IMG/VR virus record: IMGVR_UViG_3300045988_173816
Location: 192,001-256,000 of that record
DNA: 64,000 nt
Direction: 5' to 3' (one strand)
From: a virus
The notes below the pieces were generated by a model. That model had not been told where the DNA came from and ran no database searches. It saw only the letters and a program-made list of their open reading frames with translations. A program made the position numbers and the translations under genes. Shown piece after piece: positions 8,659-17,019 of the stretch. Every line of letters begins with the position of its first letter. The stretch's first letter is position 1.

Positions 8659-9140
8659 GGGTAACGAACCTGTTACAATAAATTTATAAAAATGTATAAG
8701 AACATAGAAAAATTTATATAGAACAGAACGCCCTTCGTATCTAGTGATAGGTGCGAACTCAACGTTAAATGCTTTGAACTCCTAAAGCCTTGTAGCCTAA
8801 ACAGTAGATGGAAACGTCAAGCTGAGTGGAACGAAAGTAGAAAAAAGTACAAGGATAGCATAAGGTGAAATAAAAGCTAATCAGTGCTTAAGTGAATAAA
8901 ATAGTGACCCTTAAGAAACGTTAGTCCTACGTGCAGTAATAATGGATGTTTAGCAGGGAAAGTCCTACGGTCATAAGACTATGGAAGACCTCCAACGACT
9001 ATCTCCTAGAGGGAGAGTAAAACCGCAAGCTAATGGCGGAGGAAAAATGTTGCACCTAATTTTGATTAGGTGAAGATATAGTCTGCGCTCATGTGAAAGC
9101 ATGAGAGGTCTGCTGGTGACAGTAAGACTGCATCAAGGGT
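8659..9140 (+). ncRNA. group I intron catalytic core (5' part of the IStron)
   Basis: No ORF. P7 pairing GACTAT (8997-9002) with ATAGTC (9078-9083), inside an R-like CAACGACTATC and an S-like AAGATATAGTCTGC. Hairpins TCTCC/GGAGA (9002-9016), CCGC/GCGG (9023-9039), CACCTAAT/ATTAGGTG (9053-9072) and CTCATG/CATGAG (9088-9105). U at 8658 precedes the insert and G at 11256 ends it. Confidence 0.7.
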
Positions 9141-9197
9141 TGCGCCTTGGTGTGAACAAGAAAAATACAGATTTTTAGAAAACTTTTATATTTTTAC

Positions 9198-9226
9198 TTT
9201 ACAAAATACCTTCAGTATGATAAACT
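9198..9226 (+). promoter_or_regulatory. internal promoter for tnpA
   Basis: TTTACA (9198-9203), 17 bp, TAAACT (9221-9226). Confidence 0.45.
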
Positions 9227-9254
9227 TAATGTAAGAATTAAGTGAGGTGTACTT

Positions 9255-9881
9255 ATGGTATTGATGTCTATAGGAAAATTTGCGAAGGAGTTAGGTGTTA
9301 CGCCTGAACATGTTCGCACAATGCACAGAACAGGTGAGGTAATCCCTGCTCGTATTTCAGAAAAAGGAACTAGATATTACTCTGAGGATCAACTAAGAGA
9401 GTTGAAAAACACTCAGTTTTCTCAAAGAGAAGAAAAAGTAGTAGCTTATTGCAGAGTTTCTAATAAGTCACAAAAAGATGATTTGGAGAAACAAGTTGAG
9501 AACGTAAAAGCGTATATGTGCGCTAAAGGTTACTCATTTGAAGTTATTACAGATATTGGTTCCGGTATCAATTATAAAAATAAAGGTTTGCAAGAGTTGA
9601 TTTCTTTAATTGATTCAAACCAAGTTACTAAAATTGTTATTCTTTATAAGGATAGATTAGTACGATTTGGTTTTGAGTTGATTCAATTACTTTGTGAATT
9701 GCATGATGCTGAAATTGAAATCATTGACAATTCAAAGTATAGTAAAGATGAAGAATTAACTGAGGATTTAATTCAAATTGTTACACTATTTGCAAATAGA
9801 CTTTATGGTTCACGGTCTAAAAAGACTAAGACACTAATTGAGAGGGTTTCTGATGTTACGAGGAATGAAAATCGCACTTGA
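9255..9881 (+). CDS. tnpA: IS607-family serine recombinase transposase
   Basis: MerR-like HTH (IGKFAKELGVTPEHVRTMHRTGEV) followed by a resolvase catalytic domain (AYCRVSNKSQKDDLEKQ, GSGINYKNKGL, ILYKDRLVRFGFE). Confidence 0.85.
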   Translation: MVLMSIGKFAKELGVTPEHVRTMHRTGEVIPARISEKGTRYYSEDQLRELKNTQFSQREEKVVAYCRVSNKSQKDDLEKQVENVKAYMCAKGYSFEVITDIGSGINYKNKGLQELISLIDSNQVTKIVILYKDRLVRFGFELIQLLCELHDAEIEIIDNSKYSKDEELTEDLIQIVTLFANRLYGSRSKKTKTLIERVSDVTRNENRT

Positions 9882-11040
9882 TTTAACTGGTGAGCAAGAA
9901 CAACAGATGTGGAAGTCTGTAGGGGTTGCTCGTTGGTCATATAACTACGCTATAACTAGATGTAAAGAACAATATTTAAAACACTTAAAAAATCCTACTT
10001 TACCTAAAACATTAACCGCAGGTGAAATTTTAAAAGAGTTGACTGTATTGAAGAGGACAACCCATCCTTGGTTGAAAGAGGTTGGTTCTAATGTTGTCAA
10101 ACAAGCAGTTAAAGATTGGAACGATGCTCGTAATCGGTTCTTTAAGGGGTTAGGTAAGGCTCCAAACTATAAATCTAAGAACAACTCTAAACCTAGCTTT
10201 TATGTAAACTATGAGACTTTAAGAAGAGTAAGTGGTGGTTTTAGAGGTGAGAAGTTAGGTTTTATAAAAACCACCCAACCTCTACCTAAAATACCAAAAG
10301 GAACTCATTACAAAAACCCAAGAATTTCTTTTGATGGAAAATTTTGGTATTTGTCTGTTTCTTATGAAGTTCAAGAGGTTTCAGTAGAGTTGACAGATTT
10401 AGTTATAGGTGTAGATTTAGGGATAAACACTTTAGCAACATTATCTACAGGTGAATTTATTGGGAACATCAATAAAAGTCGCAGAGTAAAACAGTTGGAG
10501 AAACAATTACGACGGGAACAACGTCACCTTGCGCGTCAGTTGCAAGCCAACACCAAAGGGTATCTCACAACTGAAAACGGTGGTAGAAAGCCGATTTATA
10601 AGCGACCTTTAGAGTTATGTTCTAATATTCAAGAAACCAAACGTAAGATTAAATTGCTATACCGTAAATTATCATCCATTCGTTTGAATCATATTCACCA
10701 ACTAACTTCTTATCTTGTAAACCAATTACCAAAAGGCATTGTAATTGAAGATTTGAATGTTAGAGGGATGATGAAAAACAGACACTTAGCGAAACACATT
10801 CAAAATGCAATGTTCTACGAAATTCGTAGACAGTTAGAATATAAGTGTTTACAGTACGGTATCTATTTAGTTGTTGCAGATCGTTTTTATCCTAGTTCTA
10901 AAACGTGCAGTTATTGTGGTAATATTAAGTCTGATTTGAAATTAAAGGACAGAGTTTACAAATGTGGCTCTTGTGGTTTAAAGAAAGATAGAGACTTAAA
11001 TGCAGCGGAAAATTTAGCTTATTATTTCTATAGAGGTTAA
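9865..11040 (+). CDS. tnpB: TnpB RNA-guided nuclease (IS605 OrfB family)
   Basis: MKIALDLTGEQEQ...ARWSYNYA N-terminus. RuvC motifs GVDLGINTLA, VIEDLNVRGM and DRDLNAAENL. Zinc ribbon CSYCG...CGSCG. Overlaps the tnpA end. Start at 9865 preferred over 9838. Confidence 0.85.
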   Translation: MKIALDLTGEQEQQMWKSVGVARWSYNYAITRCKEQYLKHLKNPTLPKTLTAGEILKELTVLKRTTHPWLKEVGSNVVKQAVKDWNDARNRFFKGLGKAPNYKSKNNSKPSFYVNYETLRRVSGGFRGEKLGFIKTTQPLPKIPKGTHYKNPRISFDGKFWYLSVSYEVQEVSVELTDLVIGVDLGINTLATLSTGEFIGNINKSRRVKQLEKQLRREQRHLARQLQANTKGYLTTENGGRKPIYKRPLELCSNIQETKRKIKLLYRKLSSIRLNHIHQLTSYLVNQLPKGIVIEDLNVRGMMKNRHLAKHIQNAMFYEIRRQLEYKCLQYGIYLVVADRFYPSSKTCSYCGNIKSDLKLKDRVYKCGSCGLKKDRDLNAAENLAYYFYRG

Positions 11041-11256
11041 TACCTTATGTACCCATCGCTACTGGGGAATTTAAGCCTATTGAGTGTTATATCAAATGAT
11101 AGTAGACACATGAGCTTTGCTCATGTGTCGAGGTCAGACACGTTGATGTAGGAAGTGAAAAACGAAACGGATAAGTCTATAAGTTTAAAACTTATAGCAA
11201 CATGAGTTTTCACAAAGTAAAGATATAGGTGTAAAAATCTATATTTTTCGTAGCGG
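11041..11256 (+). ncRNA. TnpB omega-RNA scaffold / intron 3' terminal segment
   Basis: Non-coding 3' end of the element. The block GTTATATCAAATGATAGTAGAC (11086-11107) is shared 21/22 with the second IS607 copy. Perfect 11-bp hairpin at 11105-11129. Hairpin CTATAAGTT/AACTTATAG. The true 5' end probably lies inside the tnpB 3' end. Confidence 0.6.
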
Positions 11257-11832
11257 GGTATGTGGTCGGATAATGACCATCATTGGGAGTCGAGTCCTTT
11301 AAAAGACCCAGCTTCTTGGTTACAGAATAAGCTTTTGCACATAGCAAATAGTCCGTACAAGAGGTTGGATGAGCGATTAAGTAGCAAACAGAAGAAAAAC
11401 TCTGTTCTGTATAAAACTTTGAAATTCATGAGGTGTATCCATCGGTCGTGGCAAACACATAGCGAGTTCACACTTCTCATGATATTGTGGTTGATGTTCA
11501 GCCCAACTTTCTTAGGATTTACAGGTAGGTTTGACCCTCTGTTATGGTTACTAATAGTCACAGGGTTTGGACTTGGAGTGATTTCCCATTTAGTGTTAGA
11601 TATGTTGACTACGGAGGGAATACGTTTCGCTCTTGGTGTTTTCATCAAAATATTCTTTCCGAACATTCCTATGTTCACAACTATTCGCTTGGTTCCCGGT
11701 ATCTCAGCCTTTAAAACAGGTTCTGAGTGGGAAATGGCAATTAGAAAAGCCTTATCTATCATACAATATGGTATGTTAGTTTTGGTATTGTTGGACTTAG
11801 GTGGCATATCTGTGTTACATTATTTTAGTTGA
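11257..11832 (+). CDS. YdjM/DUF457-family membrane hydrolase, exon 2
   Basis: GMWSDNDHHWESS (family D-x-DH..S block), HRSWQTHS, GVISHLVLDMLTTEGI, and several TM helices. In frame with exon 1 once 8659-11256 is removed. Confidence 0.75.
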   Translation, partial: GMWSDNDHHWESSPLKDPASWLQNKLLHIANSPYKRLDERLSSKQKKNSVLYKTLKFMRCIHRSWQTHSEFTLLMILWLMFSPTFLGFTGRFDPLLWLLIVTGFGLGVISHLVLDMLTTEGIRFALGVFIKIFFPNIPMFTTIRLVPGISAFKTGSEWEMAIRKALSIIQYGMLVLVLLDLGGISVLHYFS

Positions 11833-11987
11833 GGGTGCATGTGCATACTTCAAACCGTTGTCTTATTGTTATTGGCAGTAGCAATAAGAGAGCAGAACGA
11901 AAATATTTCGTATTGTAGTAGGATAAACTAATAAAAATATAAGGTAAAGTTGCTCCAACAACTTTATACAAGATTTGAGGTTTATCT

Positions 11988-12893
11988 ATGAATATTTCAA
12001 AATTTGCAAGAGGTGGTTTAGCTACCTTATTAGCTTCTGCAACTTTATTGGGTGCAGGTTATGTTTCAGAGGTTAGTGGTATCACTAACTTCACACAAGC
12101 AACTGAGGTTCAAGCTTTAGGTGGTGCAGGTAACTTTGACTCTAATTCTGAGTCTATGGAGCGCTTGCAAGATAAAGTGTATAGCGAAGTTGCTGATAAC
12201 ACTTATCGTACAACTACGGGTGATGGTATTTCTGGTTCTAAGGTTTATAATCAGAAAGGTGAAGTCACAAGTACCTTCGATAAGTTAACTGAGGGTGACA
12301 AGAATAAAGTTATTCAAGACATCAACAGGGCAGTTAAGAAAGCAGCTGATAAAGATGCTGCTGCGATTGAGTCTGGTGATACAGTGCAAAATGCTGTAAC
12401 TGAAGGAACTGTAAATCGTTTTTGGAAAGACATGAAAGAAGTTCGTAGTTCTACCGCTGGTTATTTGATTTCAGTAGTTACTGCTGACGTTGCACCAGAC
12501 TGGGCAGGAGCTTCAAACTTCCTATCTCCATTCTACCCATTCTTTAACACTGCTATTGCGGTATTCTTGATTTTGGCTTCATTCTCATTCTTCTTCCACC
12601 TTGCAGTGGCAATCTTCTATTTTATGACTCCTTCATTCCAATACTTTGTTAAAGGTTCTGAGGGAACTAAAGGTGGTTTCCATGGTTATGTAGCTAGTAT
12701 TATTCCAAAACAAGCTGTTTTGGCTAATGATCAGGCTATGGATAAAGGTGGTAATCCTCTCCTTATTTACATTGGTAAAACATGGATTATGATGTTAGCG
12801 TATGCTTTAATTTTGGTCTTCTTTGCAACGAACTCTATGTTAGTTCTAGTCGGCCCGATTTCATCATTATTCACTTCATTGGTGGGGCTTTAA
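11988..12893 (+). CDS. secreted/membrane protein, paralog family with 6755 and 12916 (T4SS-associated?)
   Basis: Signal peptide (LATLLASATLLGAGYV), a soluble domain, then a TM hairpin ...FFFHLAVAIFYFMTPSFQYFVKGSEG and C-terminal TM helices. Confidence 0.65.
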   Translation: MNISKFARGGLATLLASATLLGAGYVSEVSGITNFTQATEVQALGGAGNFDSNSESMERLQDKVYSEVADNTYRTTTGDGISGSKVYNQKGEVTSTFDKLTEGDKNKVIQDINRAVKKAADKDAAAIESGDTVQNAVTEGTVNRFWKDMKEVRSSTAGYLISVVTADVAPDWAGASNFLSPFYPFFNTAIAVFLILASFSFFFHLAVAIFYFMTPSFQYFVKGSEGTKGGFHGYVASIIPKQAVLANDQAMDKGGNPLLIYIGKTWIMMLAYALILVFFATNSMLVLVGPISSLFTSLVGL

Positions 12894-12915
12894 TTTAAGA
12901 TAGAGAGGTTCTAGG

Positions 12916-13788
12916 ATGGCTCAGTTAAAATTCGTTAGAGTTTTACAAGTGCTATTGTTATCTTTCTTACTAACTTTTAGTGTTGGGGGTTTGTTAACTT
13001 CTGAACACGGACTTGTAGAGAGGGTTCAAGCTAGAGCGAAGTTTGACCCTACTACAGTTTCAGAGAATAGTTTACCTTTTGTCATTGTAGACAGTGAGTC
13101 AGGGGTATCCTCAGTTGTGGACAATATTAACAATGAGATTCGAGTTCAATTATCAGTTCGTTCTGATTTAGTTTCGGATGGTTGGAAGTTTGTTTATTAC
13201 AATGAGGGTAAAAAGAGAGTTTCTATTGATAGAAAGAACTTTTTAGAATACCCTATGAACACGAGACAAAAGATTATGAATATAGCATTAAGTAATTTGA
13301 AAGAGGAACGCTCAGGTGGCTTATCTGCTAGAGATCGTGCACGTCTTTACAAGTTTGTAGAGGATCAAGATAAGAACATTTCTAGTGTCTTGCAAGCAGT
13401 GAATACTGATGTAACGGCTGATATTAACGAAGCTAGAAATATTTTGAAATTCTTTACAACACCAGTAGGTACAGGTTTGGGTATTTTAACGATTCTAATT
13501 TGTGCGACTGTTGGTATTTCTATGGCGATGGATGTCTTTGCTATGATGACTCCTATGTTGATGTACCACTTTATGAAGAAGGGTGATAAACGCCCAATGT
13601 TAATTTCACCAGAAGCTTGGTACTCTTACAAGGATGGTTTATCTAAAGGTGCTCATTCAAATTATATGCTAACCTACCTTGCTAGGTCTATTCCTAAGTT
13701 AGTGGTAACAGGTGCATGTTTAGCCTACATTATGGTTGGTAATACAGTGGCTCTTGCGATTTTCTTTGCCAATCTATTTAACCGATGA
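12916..13788 (+). CDS. secreted/membrane protein, paralog family with 6755 and 11988
   Basis: Signal/anchor (VLQVLLLSFLLTFSVGGLL), a soluble domain, then a TM hairpin ...ISMAMDVFAMMTPMLMYHFMKKGDKRP and a C-terminal TM helix. Confidence 0.65.
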   Translation: MAQLKFVRVLQVLLLSFLLTFSVGGLLTSEHGLVERVQARAKFDPTTVSENSLPFVIVDSESGVSSVVDNINNEIRVQLSVRSDLVSDGWKFVYYNEGKKRVSIDRKNFLEYPMNTRQKIMNIALSNLKEERSGGLSARDRARLYKFVEDQDKNISSVLQAVNTDVTADINEARNILKFFTTPVGTGLGILTILICATVGISMAMDVFAMMTPMLMYHFMKKGDKRPMLISPEAWYSYKDGLSKGAHSNYMLTYLARSIPKLVVTGACLAYIMVGNTVALAIFFANLFNR

Positions 13789-13841
13789 GGTACCTAGGGT
13801 ATCTATCTGTTTTGTAGGTAGCTCACACGTAAGTAGAAGAG

Positions 13842-13879
13842 CCTTAGTGTTGATTTGAGGACACTAAGGTTTCTTTTTT
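13842..13879 (+). terminator. rho-independent terminator
   Basis: Stem CCTTAGTGT/ACACTAAGG (13842-13850 / 13861-13869) followed by TTTCTTTTTT. Confidence 0.7.
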
Positions 13880-13901
13880 AGAGAAAGGGTTTTTTTAATT
13901 C

Positions 13902-16900
13902 ATGTTTAAACCTAATAAGATTAAAGATATGAGTAAGTTTTCACGTTTGTGGGGTTCGTTGCGTGAAGATTCGATTTTGCTCTTTGGAGGAAAATCGTTA
14001 AATAAAGAAAAATCAACGAGTCCTTATATTCCGATGACTTTAGAGCAAGTTGCAATAGAAAATCGAAGAACTAAGGTGCGTAGAGGGTTTACTAGGTTTG
14101 TAGCTTTAGGTTCGGTATCCCTTTTATTGGGTTCTATTTCTTTGCAAGTAGGCAGTTCTGTTTTAGGATTAAAAGCAGATTATACGGTTGCTCACGCTGA
14201 TAATGCTCAAGGTAAGAAGAGTTCTGCTATGGAACGCTCTATTGACCAATTGAAGATTGCAGCAGGTGAAGCTGATGGTTCTTTATCGAGTGGTGCAAAA
14301 GCTTTGTCTCCTTCTGAGGTTAAGACCGTTGGGTTCTTTGTTTCTAACTGGTATTCTCCTTTTGTAACACAGGTTAAGACAAGCACAGGTGGTGTTGTTG
14401 GTGATTATCAATCAGATATTCAAAAACTGCTTACAACACATGCAGGTTTAGCTGAGGATCCAGCTGGTGAATTAGCGAAGATGGTTGCAGAAGTGGGAGC
14501 TAAGACAACTGAGAAGTTGTATTTGGCTAAGTCCGATGATGGTGGTCAAACGTGGACTGCTCTAAGTGAAGAAGCAACATATTATGAAGTATTATTGGGT
14601 TCAGTTGGTATTTTTCCAGAGTCTTTATTTACCACAGATGATGAGATCTCCTTGAAGAAGCGGTATCAGTATGATGAGAGCAAAGGCACAATCTTAGGGT
14701 TGGTTCGTGAAGCTTTAAAAGATGAGAAGTCCATTCAAAGACAATCTGTTGTTTATGAGTGGAACCCAAACCCAAGTAAAGAGCCGACAATTGCTCAAGC
14801 TACATTCTATACGAACTTTTCTTCGGTAGATAGTTCTAAATCTTGGGGTTCTACGGTATTGTCTTTAGACGGTCAAGACCCTTTGATTGCTAAGTGGTTT
14901 AAAGAACAACCATCAGATTTAACTGAACGTTTAAACGGTTATTTAAATGGTTTTATGGGTTCTGACGGTAAGTACACAAGTGTAGATAGTAGTTCAGGCT
15001 CCTTGAAAGGTTTTTATGATCGTTCTATTTATTCGGCTTCTATGTATGTGGATGGTTTCGGTAACTTAATTTCTGATACAGGTGCGAATAGCTTAGCTAG
15101 TTATGTCATTATGCCAGCTTCTCAAAACCCTATGATGTATGCTAGAAAGGTTACTGGAAATTCTTCATCTTCTGACTCTTCTAGTGATAAAGACAAGTCT
15201 AAGGATAAAGGGAAGGATAAAGAGACTTCTAACAGTAAAGAGAAATCTAAGACTTCTGAGACTGGTGTAGATGCTAAGATGTCTGCTATTTATAACGCTA
15301 AAGAGACTGGTGTAGGTCGTTCTATCGCTTCAAATAACTTGAACTCTGTTGCTTTGAATAAAGGTAAAGGGTATTTGAAAGTTGATGGAGAAAACGCTAC
15401 TCTTGGGGGTTCAGTAGATAAGAGCTTGACTTTTTACTCTGCTTTGACATCAGGTGAGAACTTAACTCATGATAGTGCAGATACAACAAAATTGATTTTC
15501 GGTATCTTCCCAGTTAACGTTTCTGACTTAGGTTCTGTGGTTGCAAGCTCATTGTATACACAGTGGTTGATTCGTAACGGTAACGAAAGTGAGACTTACA
15601 AAGGAGACGCAGGTAAGATTTTCGAGAATAAATCAGGGGGTTGGAACTATGGTGCTCCTTACTCTGAGATTCGTTCAGGTTCAGGTGATTTAGGGTTACC
15701 CCAAGGGAAACCTAAAGACTCTTACTATGTCTTTGGTGGAGGTGGTTCTGCCTTCGACTTATTAGCACATGCTAAAGGTGCTGATTCTTGGTCTGTATTC
15801 ACTTCTAAAGCTTTTTCAGATGATGTGTACAAGTGGAAGTCTAGTATGAGTGTCACTAAGCCAGTCATTGATGATATGATTACCTTCGATAGTGAGGGGT
15901 ATGGTTCAGGTAATTCTAAGTTTAAAAAACTTGGAGATAATGGTACTTTGCTTATAGGTAAAGCACAAGAGATTGAACTTCAATCTTCTCGCTTAGATGG
16001 CGGTGGGTATTGGAGAGGTCAAGGTTTAGCAGGTGGTTTGGTAGATACTGCAGGTGACGCTCCTAAAGACACTTCTGATAAGAAATACGCTGCGAATTTA
16101 TATGCTTCTACGGTGTTGGTTCGTGCAAACCCTTTGAATAAGGATATTCCTTACGTTATTAACTTAGATAATTCTTCTGTTATTGATGAAGATGCTTTGA
16201 AGTCTGCTTCTGATGGTGATGAGGAAGATTTAGACCATGTATTAAAGAATATGGCTTACTTTATGTTGAACCCAACTAAAGGTCGCGAGTATAAACAACG
16301 TTGGTCTAAGACCTTTATGAACCAAGCTTTATTGAGTTCATTAGAAGATATGATTGGTGCAAACACGGCTTCAAGTTATTCAGGTACAACTCGTTATTTG
16401 GAGTTGACAGGTTTTGCAACTATTCCAAGAATGAACGAGATTAAGTTTACAGACTACTTGTACTCTAAGTTTGCTTCTTGGGGTGTTACGATTTTAATTG
16501 TAGCTTCATTCTTGATGTTGATTTTCTTGTTTGTAGGTCAAATTCGAGTAGTACCGGCAGTTTTATCTATCTTAGCCTTTGGGTATCTGTTGTACAGCCC
16601 ACCTAAGATGATTGATGCTTCAACTCATTTGAGTAATCAGATTACTTCTTATTTCTTTAAGGATAAGTTCTTATTCTGGGTGATGGCGACACACCAAAAC
16701 TATTCAGATTCCGTAGCTCAGTTACAAAAAGCAGCAGAAGCTGGAAACTATGATAACTACACTGCTTTGCTAGTGAAACTACAAGGTGGTTGGGGTGGTT
16801 CTGAAAACGAAGGTGAAACTGATGTGTATGAGTGGCAACAAACCCTTGGTGCATCGGTTAAAGTTCGTTGGATGGCTCCTAAGAAGGATGGCTATATTCA

Positions 16901-17003
16901 ACAAGTGAAACGTGACTTGAAACAAGTAACCTCTGAGTCTGAGGACAAAGCGAACAAAGATAAAGAAGCAGATAAGTCTGCTGAGACTAAACAAGGAGAG
17001 TAG
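13902..17003 (+). CDS. 1033-aa surface/membrane protein of the secretion block
   Basis: N-terminal anchor/signal (FVALGSVSLLLGSISL...AHA). Low-complexity SSSSDSSSDKDKSKDKGKDKE. Two C-terminal TM helices. Lys/Asp-rich tail. Confidence 0.7.
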   Translation: MFKPNKIKDMSKFSRLWGSLREDSILLFGGKSLNKEKSTSPYIPMTLEQVAIENRRTKVRRGFTRFVALGSVSLLLGSISLQVGSSVLGLKADYTVAHADNAQGKKSSAMERSIDQLKIAAGEADGSLSSGAKALSPSEVKTVGFFVSNWYSPFVTQVKTSTGGVVGDYQSDIQKLLTTHAGLAEDPAGELAKMVAEVGAKTTEKLYLAKSDDGGQTWTALSEEATYYEVLLGSVGIFPESLFTTDDEISLKKRYQYDESKGTILGLVREALKDEKSIQRQSVVYEWNPNPSKEPTIAQATFYTNFSSVDSSKSWGSTVLSLDGQDPLIAKWFKEQPSDLTERLNGYLNGFMGSDGKYTSVDSSSGSLKGFYDRSIYSASMYVDGFGNLISDTGANSLASYVIMPASQNPMMYARKVTGNSSSSDSSSDKDKSKDKGKDKETSNSKEKSKTSETGVDAKMSAIYNAKETGVGRSIASNNLNSVALNKGKGYLKVDGENATLGGSVDKSLTFYSALTSGENLTHDSADTTKLIFGIFPVNVSDLGSVVASSLYTQWLIRNGNESETYKGDAGKIFENKSGGWNYGAPYSEIRSGSGDLGLPQGKPKDSYYVFGGGGSAFDLLAHAKGADSWSVFTSKAFSDDVYKWKSSMSVTKPVIDDMITFDSEGYGSGNSKFKKLGDNGTLLIGKAQEIELQSSRLDGGGYWRGQGLAGGLVDTAGDAPKDTSDKKYAANLYASTVLVRANPLNKDIPYVINLDNSSVIDEDALKSASDGDEEDLDHVLKNMAYFMLNPTKGREYKQRWSKTFMNQALLSSLEDMIGANTASSYSGTTRYLELTGFATIPRMNEIKFTDYLYSKFASWGVTILIVASFLMLIFLFVGQIRVVPAVLSILAFGYLLYSPPKMIDASTHLSNQITSYFFKDKFLFWVMATHQNYSDSVAQLQKAAEAGNYDNYTALLVKLQGGWGGSENEGETDVYEWQQTLGASVKVRWMAPKKDGYIQQVKRDLKQVTSESEDKANKDKEADKSAETKQGE

Positions 17004-17019
17004 AAAGGGGTTTAGCTAA

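Larger units (their letters stand above)
8659..11258 (+). mobile_element. IStron: IS607-family element (tnpA + tnpB + omega-RNA) fused to a 5' group I intron
   Basis: A 2.6-kb insert whose removal joins the two YdjM halves in frame. A GG dinucleotide occurs at both junctions (8659-8660 and 11257-11258), so the boundaries are ambiguous by 2 nt. The left end GTAACGAACCTGTTACAATAAATTT resembles the left end of the second IS607 copy. Confidence 0.8.

Noticed and set aside
8968-8985. CATAAGACTATGG as the group I R element
   Set aside because: The downstream CAACGACTATC (8993-9003) fits better. It pairs perfectly with ATAGTC at 9078-9083 and is followed by the expected hairpin series. The upstream copy was left unassigned.
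11280-11807. 175-aa minus-strand ORF
   Set aside because: It lies entirely antisense to exon 2 of the YdjM-family gene, which has strong family motifs. There is no RBS or promoter. It is a mirror-image hydrophobic artefact.
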